Origin: Verrucomicrobiaceae bacterium
GTDB lineage: Bacteria > Verrucomicrobiota > Verrucomicrobiia > Verrucomicrobiales > Akkermansiaceae
DNA: 64,000 bases
Reading direction: 5' to 3'
Assembly (NCBI GenBank): GCA_027486655.1
Contig: JAIXOR010000067.1
Span: forward strand, 21,280-85,279
A program made the position numbers and the translations under genes. This document shows, piece after piece, positions 1 to 8,922 of this stretch; positions within the stretch are counted from its first letter, which is position 1, and each line of letters starts with the position of its first letter. The notes under the pieces were generated by a model, which searched no databases, had not been told where the DNA came from, and saw only the letters and a list, made by a program, of their open reading frames with translations.

Positions 1-1405
1 CCGCGCCGTCAAAGGTCGCCTGCCCGGGGATTTCCAACGAGACGGGCACACCGTCCTTCACCCGTTGGATCAGATCATCGGAGGTGCCGGTCACCCCATC
101 GTATCCCGGCAGTGAGATCGTGCGCGGGTCCTTCCTCCAGTCCGCAGGCAGCTTGGCTACCGCCTCGCCGAACTGGATGGCGGCGCTGTCCGGGATCTGG
201 ATGAAGTGGTTCACCCCGGCGACGAAGAAGTTGCCGATGGCCACAGCCGCCAGATAGAAACACATGATCAGCGACTTCATCGTCTTCGGTGCCTGGGTGT
301 AGGCATACTCCAGAGCGACGATGGAAACCATGACTTCCGCGACGGTGAGCAGGGCGAAGGCGAGGATCTGCCAGACGATCGAGGGACGATGCCCGGCGTC
401 AATCCATTGCTGGATGAGAGCGACGAGCGCGAAGGACGTCACCATGATGAACAGCCCGATGCCGATCTTGCGCAGCGGCGAGAGTTTCCAGACGCGGTCG
501 CCAAATGGATAGACGATGTAGGCAAAGAGAGGGATGAAAGTGAGGACGAAGACCGAGTTGAGCGACTGGATCTGGGAAGGCAGCCACTCGAAGCCGAGGA
601 AGTTCCGGTCCATGTCCTGCGATTGGAAGATCCAGGTGGAGCCCGTCTGGTCGAAGAGCGCCCAGAACATGGCCACAAACAGATAGAGCGGCAGCAGCTT
701 GAGCATCGCGGTGATGCCGCCGCCCTTCACGAGTTCATGAAAGAACCTGGAGCCGCCGGGAGGCACATGGATGTAGCGGTGGCGGCCGATCCAGAAGACC
801 ACGGTGGCCACCGCCATCAGCACGCCCGGCACTCCGAAGGCCCAGTGAGGACCGTGCCATTCCAACAGCCACGGCGTCACCAGCATCGAGACGAAGGCCC
901 CGAGGTTGATGGAAAAGTAAAACCAGTTGAAGATGCGCGGCAGCAGGTGGGCATTGCGAGCGCCGAACTGGTCGCCGACGTGGGCCGAGACGCAGGGTTT
1001 GATCCCGCCGGATCCGAGTGCGATCAGTCCGAGGCCGGCAGCAAGCCACCAGGGCGATTGCCCGAAGAGCCCCATGCAGGCCAGGGCGGCGTGGCCCGCG
1101 CAGTAGACGAGCGAGAGCGCGACGATCGTGCGGTATTTGCCGATGAAGATGTCCGCCAGCAGTGCGCCCAGCAGCGGGGTGATGTAGACTGCGCCGTTGA
1201 AAAGGTGGACGTTGGCCGTGGCCTCCGCCTGGTTCATGGTGCCCGCGCCGCGTCCATCCATGAGGTGGAGGTATTGGACCATGAACACCGCGAGCACGGC
1301 CTTCATGCCGTAGAACGAGAAGCGCTCGGCGGCTTCGTTTCCAATGATGTGCGGCACGCCAGGCGGCATGCCCTCGAGGTCGGCGGGAGAGGTGCGGTAG
1401 GACAT
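1..1405 (-). CDS. POT/PTR2 family proton-dependent oligopeptide transporter (3' end runs off the window)
   Basis: Not in ORF track (no stop in window). Manual translation from ATG 1405: MSYRTSPADLEGMPPGVPHIIGNEAAERFSFYGMKAVL carries the ExxERFxxYG POT motif; downstream hydrophobic helices include EYAYTQAPKTMKS. Confidence 0.9.
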   Translation of the reverse strand, partial: MSYRTSPADLEGMPPGVPHIIGNEAAERFSFYGMKAVLAVFMVQYLHLMDGRGAGTMNQAEATANVHLFNGAVYITPLLGALLADIFIGKYRTIVALSLVYCAGHAALACMGLFGQSPWWLAAGLGLIALGSGGIKPCVSAHVGDQFGARNAHLLPRIFNWFYFSINLGAFVSMLVTPWLLEWHGPHWAFGVPGVLMAVATVVFWIGRHRYIHVPPGGSRFFHELVKGGGITAMLKLLPLYLFVAMFWALFDQTGSTWIFQSQDMDRNFLGFEWLPSQIQSLNSVFVLTFIPLFAYIVYPFGDRVWKLSPLRKIGIGLFIMVTSFALVALIQQWIDAGHRPSIVWQILAFALLTVAEVMVSIVALEYAYTQAPKTMKSLIMCFYLAAVAIGNFFVAGVNHFIQIPDSAAIQFGEAVAKLPADWRKDPRTISLPGYDGVTGTSDDLIQRVKDGVPVSLEIPGQATFDGA

Positions 1406-1431
1406 GCGGAAATCAGGGTGACGGACGAAGC

Positions 1432-2571
1432 TCAGGAGCTAGCTACCACGGACCGCAGGATCTTTTCAAGTTCCGCGACCACCGAGGGCCATCCGAGCGC
1501 TTCCGCGGTCCGGCGGGCACCGGCCCCAAGCTGCGAGCGCAGCGTGGCATCCATGAGACGGCCAGCTGATGTTAGAAACGCATCCTCATCCGACTTCGGC
1601 ACCTTGAGGCAGTTCTCCCCGTCCACACCGTGCCAGGCGGCCGCGGCGTAATCGTAGGCAAGCACCGCAAGCCCGGATGCCATGCCTTCCAGCAGCACGT
1701 TGCCAAAGGTCTCGGTTTCGCTGGGAAAAAGCAGGATGTCCGCGGAGGCGTAGCAGGAAGCAAGGGCTTCCCCCGTGCGGTATCCGGTGAAGCGGACCCG
1801 CGGATTGCCCCGCTGGAGACGGTCGCGCGCGGGGCCGTCGCCGACCACCACGCAGACCACATCATCGCGCACCGAGCGCATTCGATCAAAGGCCCTGAGG
1901 GCGAGCTTGATGTTCTTTTCCGAGGAGACCCGTCCCACGACGAGGGCCACCGGCGTATCCGGCCCCGCGCCCCATTCGCGGCGGAGTTCCTCGTCCCGCC
2001 GGGATGGATGGAAAAGCGCCACATCCACGCCACGACCGAGAACCGATACCTTGGTGAAACCCGCATCGGTGAGACGGTCGCGTGCATCCGGCGAGGGCAC
2101 CAGGGTGCGCGCGAGGTTTTCATGAAACCATTTCTGATAGGACCAGACCCGCTCGGCGAAGCGCTTCATGCCGTACTTGTGGAGATACTCGCGGAAGTTC
2201 GTGTGAAAGCCACCGACGATGGGGATGCCGAGTTTCCTGGCGGCCCGCATCGCGGAAAAGCCAAGGGGCGACTCGATGGCTACGTAGATGACGTCCGGTC
2301 TCTGGCGGCGCCAGCGGCGGAGGAGTTGCCCGGGAAGCGGCGCGCCCACACGGATCTCCCAGTATCCCGGCAGCGGCCACCAAGGCACCGCCACCTCATG
2401 CTCCCCTCCCCTGCCCGAGCGGACAACCACGACGTGGTGCCCGCGCTGGCGGAGGCCGGTGCAGAGGCGTCCGAGCGAAAGCGCCACGCCATTGATGTCC
2501 GGCACGAAAGTATCCGTCACCACTTCAATCCAAAGTGGCTTGCCATCGGCGGCGGAGGGGTCGGAGGGCAT
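1432..2571 (-). CDS. Glycosyltransferase family 4 (GT-B)
   Basis: VTDTFVPDINGVA N-terminus, VGRVSSEKN, and LFPSETETFGNVLLEGMASG (E-x7-E) motifs. Confidence 0.9.
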   Translation of the reverse strand: MPSDPSAADGKPLWIEVVTDTFVPDINGVALSLGRLCTGLRQRGHHVVVVRSGRGGEHEVAVPWWPLPGYWEIRVGAPLPGQLLRRWRRQRPDVIYVAIESPLGFSAMRAARKLGIPIVGGFHTNFREYLHKYGMKRFAERVWSYQKWFHENLARTLVPSPDARDRLTDAGFTKVSVLGRGVDVALFHPSRRDEELRREWGAGPDTPVALVVGRVSSEKNIKLALRAFDRMRSVRDDVVCVVVGDGPARDRLQRGNPRVRFTGYRTGEALASCYASADILLFPSETETFGNVLLEGMASGLAVLAYDYAAAAWHGVDGENCLKVPKSDEDAFLTSAGRLMDATLRSQLGAGARRTAEALGWPSVVAELEKILRSVVASS

Positions 2572-2652
2572 GTTCGTGCGCGCGCGGGCCTCCAGCTTCC
2601 ATCCCGCAGCCGCTCACTGCAAGCGCCGCCTTGGGGGAAAGCCGCGGTTTTC

Positions 2653-4083
2653 TCAACGCGGGGCGGCGCCATCGGTGGCCAGGGAGGCGGACAGCGCGTC
2701 GAGCCGCCCTAACAAACGCGCGGTGATGTCCGGCTGCTCCGCCGCACGATCGATGCGCTCACCGGGGTCTTCCTCGATGTTGAAGAGAAGCGGTTTGCCC
2801 CGGCTCGCGGAGAACGCGGGATCGACACGCAGCTGGGACGTGGTGCGCACGTGAAGTTTCCAGGGTCCCTCGCGATAGGCGGAGGGCTGGTTGTCCGGTC
2901 CGCTGTAGGCGAAGGAAAACGGAGGCACGCTGCCCTTGAAACGCTGTGGAGCGATCAAGGGGCGGATGTCCCGACCCTCCACTCCGGCGGGCGTCCCGGC
3001 CCCGCAAAGGGCGAGCACGGTGGGCAGCACGTCGAGAGTGCTCGCAGGTTCGAGCTGCCGCAGTGGATCGATCACACCCGGCCAGTGGAAAATGCCCGCC
3101 ACCCGGTGGCCGCCCTCCCAGTTCGATCCCTTGCCATCGCGAAACGGCTGGGCATAGCCGACATGCAGGCGGGCCTCGCCATACTTCGCATCCGAGGCGA
3201 CGTCCTGATAGCGGATCCATGGACCATTGTCCGATGAGAAGATGACCAGCGTGTTTCCCGAGATTCCGTTTTCCTCCAACGCCTTCATCACGCGTCCCAC
3301 GGAATCATCGATCTCCGCCATCACGTCTCCCAACAGACCCCGACGGGAAACCCCGCGGAACTCGTCGCCGGCAAACAAGCCGAGGTGCGGTTGGTTGTGC
3401 GCGATGTAGGCGAAAAAGGGCACATCCTTTTTCTCCCGGATGAACTCGACCGCCGCCGAGGTGTAACGCGCGGTCAACGAAACGGAGGCCGCACGGTCCG
3501 AGGGCAGGTTGCGGGCGATCACCGAGTAGCCGGGAACCGGATCGCGCCCCGATGGATCGGAGCGCAGCAACATTGCGTCGTCGTAATCATGGGAAACGTT
3601 GGTGCCCGTCCAGACATCGAAGCCATGCGCGAGCGGCAGCGCATCGGGAGTCATGCCATTGGCGGGGTTCGGGCTGCCGAGATGCCACTTGCCGAACATG
3701 CCGGTGGCGTATCCCTTCTTCTTCAACGCCTCGGGCAAGGTGGTTTCCGCGAGGCGCAGATGCGGCTTCGATTGCGGACCGATCACCCAGTTCCCGAATC
3801 CTGAACGGCCGGGATAACGCCCGGTGAGCAGGGAATAACGGGACGCACTGCATGCCGGCGAGGTGACCGTGAACTGCGTGAAGTTCGCCCCTTCCGCCGC
3901 CAGCTTGGAAATGTGAGGGGTTTCGATGACCGGATTCCCGGTGTGGGAGTAGTCGCCATAACCGCTGTCATCGAGGAAGAAGACCACCACATTCGGGCGG
4001 TCGGTGGCCTCACGGGCGGCGGCTGCGACCGAGGCCGCCGGGATGCACAGACCAAAAAGCAGACGCAGAAAACCAATCGACAT
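2653..4083 (-). CDS. Sulfatase (arylsulfatase A-like), secreted
   Basis: Signal peptide, RPNVVVFFLDDSGYGD, CSASRYSLLTGRY signature, GKWHLG, SSDNG. Confidence 0.92.
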   Translation of the reverse strand: MSIGFLRLLFGLCIPAASVAAAAREATDRPNVVVFFLDDSGYGDYSHTGNPVIETPHISKLAAEGANFTQFTVTSPACSASRYSLLTGRYPGRSGFGNWVIGPQSKPHLRLAETTLPEALKKKGYATGMFGKWHLGSPNPANGMTPDALPLAHGFDVWTGTNVSHDYDDAMLLRSDPSGRDPVPGYSVIARNLPSDRAASVSLTARYTSAAVEFIREKKDVPFFAYIAHNQPHLGLFAGDEFRGVSRRGLLGDVMAEIDDSVGRVMKALEENGISGNTLVIFSSDNGPWIRYQDVASDAKYGEARLHVGYAQPFRDGKGSNWEGGHRVAGIFHWPGVIDPLRQLEPASTLDVLPTVLALCGAGTPAGVEGRDIRPLIAPQRFKGSVPPFSFAYSGPDNQPSAYREGPWKLHVRTTSQLRVDPAFSASRGKPLLFNIEEDPGERIDRAAEQPDITARLLGRLDALSASLATDGAAPR

Positions 4084-4194
4084 GACAGGACATGCAAGCG
4101 CTTCTGGTCGCGATGGGCAATGCCAAGCAGGAAGATAGCCTGGAAGAAATCACCCGGACTCAATTGATCCAGGGCCGATCACCCGGAAACCGGA

Positions 4195-4269
<75 letters not shown>

Positions 4270-4301
4270 ATGTAACCAAGCCCCTTTCGAGGAGGCGCGG
4301 G

Positions 4302-4331
4302 AGGCTAGGACGGCGGGACCGGGACATGCAA
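4302..4331 (-). promoter_or_regulatory. Putative sigma70-type promoter of tRNA-Val
   Basis: TTGCAT-18 nt-TAGCCT followed by a GC-rich discriminator-like CCCGCGCC, just upstream of the tRNA. Confidence 0.55.
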
Positions 4332-4345
4332 CCCCTTTTTTGGAC

Positions 4346-4380
4346 AAAAAGAGAGGCGGGAGATCCGCAGATCTCCCGCC
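4346..4380 (-). terminator. Intrinsic terminator after the BlaI/H1 gene
   Basis: Perfect 11-bp stem GGCGGGAGATC/GATCTCCCGCC, 4-nt loop, followed on the minus strand by TCTCTTTTT. Confidence 0.75.
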
Positions 4381-4458
4381 GTTGACAAGCTCCGTTGCGG
4401 AACGAGGGCGGGCGCCCTTGCGGGCGCTCCACCTCCGGGTTCCGGTCAGGTGCCGGGA

Positions 4459-5199
4459 TTACTTCTTCTTCGCAGCCTTTTTGGCGGCCTTCTTGGCAGG
4501 AGCCTTCTTCGCGGCTTTCTTGGCAGCCTTCTTGGCGGGAGCCTTCTTGGCTACTGCCTTTTTGGCGGCTTTCTTGGCCGGGGCCTTCTTGGCGGGAGCC
4601 TTCTTGGCAACCGTCTTCTTCACGGCCTTCTTGGCGGCCTTCTTCGCGCTTTTGGCGACCTTCTTCACCGCTTTCTTGGCGGCCTTCTTGGCAACCTTCT
4701 TGGCGGGGGCTTTAGCGGCCTTCTTCGCGGGTGCCTTCTTGGCAGGAGCCTTCTTGGCAACCTTCTTTACGGCCTTCTTCGCTGGTGCCTTCTTGGCAAC
4801 TTTCTTCGCTGTTTTTTTCGCAGCCATGGTTTTGTGTCGTTGGAGTTCGCGTTCTAGTTTGGTTTTCTCTTCCGGCGTTAATGTGCCGACGGAGAGTATC
4901 GCGAGGAGCGCCTCGCCGAGACGTCCTCCAAAAGCATTGGTCAGGAAATCGTGAGTCGCCTTCTGGACGATCACCTCCTGCGAATAGGCGGCCTCGTAAA
5001 CATGGGCGCGGCCAACGCGGGCGCGCTTCACGAGGTTCTTACGCTCCAGGCTCTGCATCACGGAGAGCACCGTGGTGTAGGCCCGGTCCTTTTTGTCGGG
5101 CAGCGTTTCATGTACGGCGGCCACCGTAGATGGTCCCTCATGCCACAGCACCGAGAGGGCCTGCAGCTCGAGATTGGAGGGATGGGAGGGTCTTGCCAT
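4459..5199 (-). CDS. BlaI/MecI/CopY family transcriptional regulator fused to a histone H1-like Lys/Ala/Pro-rich tail
   Basis: PSNLELQALSVLWHEGPSTV..AYTTVLSVMQSLERKNLVKRARVGRAHVY is a BlaI-type winged helix; the last ~120 aa are AKK/PAKK repeats. Start taken at MARPSH. Confidence 0.85.
   Translation of the reverse strand: MARPSHPSNLELQALSVLWHEGPSTVAAVHETLPDKKDRAYTTVLSVMQSLERKNLVKRARVGRAHVYEAAYSQEVIVQKATHDFLTNAFGGRLGEALLAILSVGTLTPEEKTKLERELQRHKTMAAKKTAKKVAKKAPAKKAVKKVAKKAPAKKAPAKKAAKAPAKKVAKKAAKKAVKKVAKSAKKAAKKAVKKTVAKKAPAKKAPAKKAAKKAVAKKAPAKKAAKKAAKKAPAKKAAKKAAKKK
4462..4827 (-). repeat. Degenerate tandem coding repeats (AKKA/PAKK; GCCTTCTTGGC-type units on + strand)
   Basis: Many near-copies of gccttcttggc across 4462-4827. 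Confidence 0.9.
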
Positions 5200-5230
5200 G
5201 CGACACGCAACCTTGTTGCTAATCACGATA

Positions 5231-5243
5231 GAACTAGTAGTTC
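5231..5243. promoter_or_regulatory. Palindrome GAACTA-G-TAGTTC, candidate operator of the BlaI-family gene
   Basis: Perfect 6-bp arms about 30 nt upstream of the ATG, next to a TTGACG -35-like hexamer on the minus strand. Confidence 0.4.
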
Positions 5244-5353
5244 AGAGAGCCGTCAAGTTGAAACGCGACGATTTTCAAGAAAAGTTTACAACGCTCCCGG
5301 ATGTGATTTCCACACCTACGATGGAAACCGTAGTTCGAAAAAGAGATGAAGAA

Positions 5354-6331
5354 TCACTCCTCTTCGCGACCGTGCGGTGACTCCGGACGCTTGATGGAAG
5401 GATCGATGCCGGCAAGCGCATCCCAGAACGCCTCATCGGTTGGCTCTCCATTGAAAAGCACCTTTCCTTCCATCGAGACGAGCACCATCGCAGGCAGCGC
5501 CTGGATGCGCAGATCAACGCCAAGAGGCTTCTGCACTGCGTCCACAAGCCATGATCCGCAGGGTTTTCCCTCCATCGGGCGGATCATGCCGCGGGCGGCT
5601 TCAAGCAGTTTGGGAGAATCATCCGGCACGAGCGAGACCACCGCGATGCCTTTTGTTAGAAACTCGGATGCGGACTTTTCGAAGTCCGGCAGCGATGCCT
5701 CGCACTCCCTGCTGAAGGGCGACCAGAAGTGAAGCAGCAGCGCCTTCCTCCCATCGACGAGAGCCGTGAGCGGCACCGGATCACCACCGGCCACCGGCGC
5801 GAGGCGGGTGGTGAAGTCGAGCTTGATCGAGCGCATGGATTCCTCGAGGCGCATGCGCTCGATGTGCGGCGCGAAGGCGGCGGCCTGTCGCGGACTGAGC
5901 CAGAAGGCCTCGGTGATGTGTTTCTTGAATCCGTCCTTGTCCGACTTGCCGAGGCAGTCGATGGCCTGCACGTATTCAACGACGGCGAGCCAGTCCTCCC
6001 TGTATCCGAAGACCGCGGAGTCCTCGAGGCGGAAGGCGTCGCGGCGTTTGAGAAACTCGGGGAGCAATGCGGCGATGCGCGCGTCCTCGCGCCGGTCCAC
6101 ATGGAACAGGAATGTGGCCTCAAGCACGGCCTGTTCTCCGACACCGTGTTTGCGCGCGGCCTCGACGGCGCGGGCGAAGGCCTCGGGCGATTCGCGTTCG
6201 GCGAGCAGGTCGTCGAGCGCGGCCTCGCGGCGGACGGCCGCCGCATCCCCGGCATCGGCCGCGGGTTGGGCGAGGGAGCCGATGGTTAGAAGCGGGACGA
6301 TGAGGAGCGGGAGGGCGTGGCGCATGGTCAT
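5354..6331 (-). CDS. Secreted protein with C-terminal TlpA/thioredoxin-like domain
   Basis: Signal peptide; LLLHFWSPFSRECEASLP aligns with the TlpA FWAxWCxxC..ELP region; IQALPAMVLVSMEGKV cis-Pro motif. Confidence 0.7.
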   Translation of the reverse strand: MTMRHALPLLIVPLLTIGSLAQPAADAGDAAAVRREAALDDLLAERESPEAFARAVEAARKHGVGEQAVLEATFLFHVDRREDARIAALLPEFLKRRDAFRLEDSAVFGYREDWLAVVEYVQAIDCLGKSDKDGFKKHITEAFWLSPRQAAAFAPHIERMRLEESMRSIKLDFTTRLAPVAGGDPVPLTALVDGRKALLLHFWSPFSRECEASLPDFEKSASEFLTKGIAVVSLVPDDSPKLLEAARGMIRPMEGKPCGSWLVDAVQKPLGVDLRIQALPAMVLVSMEGKVLFNGEPTDEAFWDALAGIDPSIKRPESPHGREEE

Positions 6332-6385
6332 GAAATGAAAAACCGCCGGGAGTGTGGAGCACGCCCGGCGGTGATGGAAGAAGGA

Positions 6386-6850
6386 TTACTGGGGAGGGAT
6401 GACCATCTTGCGGCCGAGCACGACGATGTCATTGGTCATGCGGTTGGCGGTCTTGATGGAGGCGGCGGGCACCTTGTATTTTGCGGCGATGCCGGAGAGC
6501 GTGTCACCCTTGACCACGGTGTGGATGGTGGCGGCGCCATTCGCATTGACCGGCGCGGCGGGAACCGCAGGCACGGCCTGGGCCGAGGTGACGGGTGGCA
6601 CGCCGACGGAAGGCTCCGCGGGGGCACCGGGAACCCCCAATGCGGGCTGTGCCGCGGTGGCGCTGCTTTCCTCGTAGGCAGGCGGCGTGTCATACACCGG
6701 ATTGGAAGGCGCGGTGACCGGAGGATTCACGGCGGATGCGTCCGCGGTTCCATACGGGTTGGCGGTGTCATACTGGCCTTCCTTTTCAACAGCGCAGGAG
6801 GACAGCGCGATGGCGGCAAAGGGAACAACGAGATGGCGGATGTTCTTCAT
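6386..6850 (-). CDS. LysM-domain lipoprotein
   Basis: Start MKNIRHL..., lipobox LSSC, Pro/Ala-rich linker, C-terminal HTVVKGDTLSGIAAKYKV LysM. Confidence 0.88.
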   Translation of the reverse strand: MKNIRHLVVPFAAIALSSCAVEKEGQYDTANPYGTADASAVNPPVTAPSNPVYDTPPAYEESSATAAQPALGVPGAPAEPSVGVPPVTSAQAVPAVPAAPVNANGAATIHTVVKGDTLSGIAAKYKVPAASIKTANRMTNDIVVLGRKMVIPPQ

Positions 6851-6942
6851 GGTTCGGTGGATGATGGGTGGGATCGGTGCGAAAGGTCGCGGCATGCAGT
6901 GGCGGCTTCGCCGGATGAAACGCCGCCGGAGCCTTGGTTTAT

Positions 6943-7755
6943 TCAAAAGGATCCCGGACGGAAACGGAAAAATCCCCGTGCGGTGCCGGTGGTGTGATCC
7001 GCAAGTTGTCCGATTTCCTCACCACGCAGGGCGGCGAGGAAGTTGGCCGTCTCGCGGACGAAGGAAGGTTCGTTGCGTTTTCCGCGATGGGGTTCCGGGG
7101 CCAGATAGGGGGCATCGGTTTCCAGCATGAAGCTCCCTGCCGGGCAGGCCGCGGCGGTTTCCCTTGCCTCGCGGGCATTGCGGAACGTGCACACTCCACC
7201 GAAGGAGACAAGACCACCGAGGGCGATGACGCGCCGTGCTTCGTCGATGGAGCCGATGAAACAATGGAAGACCGCCCGCGTCGCGTGATGGTGGCGCCGA
7301 TAGATCTCCAGCGCATCCTCGAACGAGGCGCGCCCTTCGCGGTCCCGGGTGTGAATCACCACATGGAGCCCGGCCGCTGCGGCGAGTTCGAAGTGCTGTT
7401 CGAGAAAGGACTTCTGCCTCTCGCGGAAACGATCCTCGTCCCATCCATCCGGCGCGGGATGAAAGTAGTCGAGGCCTGTTTCCCCGATCGCGCAGACCCT
7501 CGGATCACCAGTGTGTCGGGCGAGAACGGAAACGGCATCGTCAGGAGCGGAGTGCACATCGCAGGGATGGATGCCGATGCATGCGTGCACGCGGGGATCC
7601 GTGGCAATCGTGAGGTTGGCCTCCAGATCGTGGAGTCCGGTGGCCAGGGTGACGAGGCGCGAGACACCGGACTCTCCGGCACGCCGGATCAACTCCGGCA
7701 CCTCGGCGGCATCGAAGCGGTGCGAGGCAAGATGGCAGTGGGAATCGACAAACAT
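6943..7755 (-). CDS. tatD: TatD family hydrolase
   Basis: DSHCHL, GIHP, AIGETGLDY, IHTR, VFHCF, ETDAPYLAP motifs. Confidence 0.93.
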   Translation of the reverse strand: MFVDSHCHLASHRFDAAEVPELIRRAGESGVSRLVTLATGLHDLEANLTIATDPRVHACIGIHPCDVHSAPDDAVSVLARHTGDPRVCAIGETGLDYFHPAPDGWDEDRFRERQKSFLEQHFELAAAAGLHVVIHTRDREGRASFEDALEIYRRHHHATRAVFHCFIGSIDEARRVIALGGLVSFGGVCTFRNAREARETAAACPAGSFMLETDAPYLAPEPHRGKRNEPSFVRETANFLAALRGEEIGQLADHTTGTARGFFRFRPGSF

Positions 7756-7758
7756 GCG

Positions 7759-8418
7759 TCAGGAGGGTTTCAAGGCGGCAAGCAGCGCGGACACCTTCGC
7801 CATGTCCTTCACACCGGGCGAGACTTCCGCTCCGGATGCGACGTCGAGAGCGGCGGGACGTACGAAGGCCGCGGCCGCCGCGGCATTCTCCGGCACGATA
7901 CCGCCTGCGAGAATCAGCGGAATGCCCGGATGATCCCGATGAAAAGCAAGCGCCGTATTCCAATCGAAGGTCTCCCCCGTTCCGCCGTAAACGCCGGGTG
8001 CGTGGGCATCCAGCAGAACGGCGGCGGCCCCGAAACGCGGCGCGATCTCAAGGTCCGCGGCGGACTTCACACCGATGGCCTTGATGAAGGGCACACCCGC
8101 ATCCTGATAGATCCGGGCGTCCTCCGGGCGTTCGTCGCCATGGAGCTGCACCACATCGATGAAACCCTCGCGGAAAAGCCGCAACGGAAGTTGCGGGTCC
8201 GCATTGACGAACACTCCGACGCGCAGGAAGCGCCCTGCGTGATCCTTCAGCCACCCGGCCGCGGAGGGATCCAGGTAGCGCTTGGACATCGGCCAGAAGT
8301 TCACACCCACCGCCTCCACACCGAGCCCGGCGAGTGCCGTGGCGTCGGCAGCAGTCGTCACGCCGCAGATCTTCAAGGAGACGGCGGAGGGATCGAGGAA
8401 GCGTGCGAGAGTCGGCAT
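7759..8418 (-). CDS. trpF: Phosphoribosylanthranilate isomerase
   Basis: KICGVT, VQLHGDE, LLDA..GGTGETFDW, LAGGI..EN, DVASGAE..PGVKD. Confidence 0.95.
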   Translation of the reverse strand: MPTLARFLDPSAVSLKICGVTTAADATALAGLGVEAVGVNFWPMSKRYLDPSAAGWLKDHAGRFLRVGVFVNADPQLPLRLFREGFIDVVQLHGDERPEDARIYQDAGVPFIKAIGVKSAADLEIAPRFGAAAVLLDAHAPGVYGGTGETFDWNTALAFHRDHPGIPLILAGGIVPENAAAAAAFVRPAALDVASGAEVSPGVKDMAKVSALLAALKPS

Positions 8419-8589
8419 GGCGGGACGCTAGGGAAAATCGGCGTGGAGGAAACCCCGAACTTGCCGGTTTCAATCACCCGATCGGGTTTTTCGCCACCCA
8501 AATGGTTCTTGACGGCCCTCGCCGTCATCCGTGTCTTCATGATTCGTTGCCCGGAACGGGCGGCGGAAACCCGAATCATCCCATCCGAG

Positions 8590-8910
8590 ATGCCACACAC
8601 ACCCCATGACGAATCCGACTTCATCCACAGCGAGGAGTTCCTCCGCGGCTTGATGAAACGACAGTTGAGGCTATCGATCGCCTGCGCTTCCGCCTTTCTC
8701 GTCCTGCTGTTCGGCCTGCCCCTGGCCAACTACCTGGCTCCCGGCCTGATGGCGATCCGCATCGGCGGATTCACCCTGAGCTGGCTGGTTCTCGGCATCC
8801 TGTTCTTTCCCTATGTCTGGGTGATCGCGAAGTGGTTCATCAACCGTTCGATCGCGCTGGAGCACGAGGAGGTCCGCGCCGTCGCGGCAGTCAAGCAACG
8901 CAACTCCTGA
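8590..8910 (+). CDS. DUF485 (YjcH-like) small membrane protein
   Basis: Only the last 106 aa of ORF 6934-8910 look real: two TM helices, directly upstream of an ActP-like symporter, the usual pairing. Confidence 0.8.
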   Translation: MPHTPHDESDFIHSEEFLRGLMKRQLRLSIACASAFLVLLFGLPLANYLAPGLMAIRIGGFTLSWLVLGILFFPYVWVIAKWFINRSIALEHEEVRAVAAVKQRNS

Positions 8911-8922
8911 CCCATCACCGCC

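Noticed and set aside
206-1651. 481-aa + strand ORF and the many other long opposite-strand or off-frame ORFs (e.g. 6934-8589 part, 57913-59673, 61899-63818)
   Set aside because: Shadow ORFs typical of high-GC DNA; they overlap genes with clear family motifs and have none themselves.
3835-3861. Sulfatase CxAxR instead of CxPxR
   Set aside because: Known natural variant of the signature.
4340-4954. 204-aa + strand ORF rich in FFAAFLA repeats
   Set aside because: Antisense mirror of the AKK repeats.
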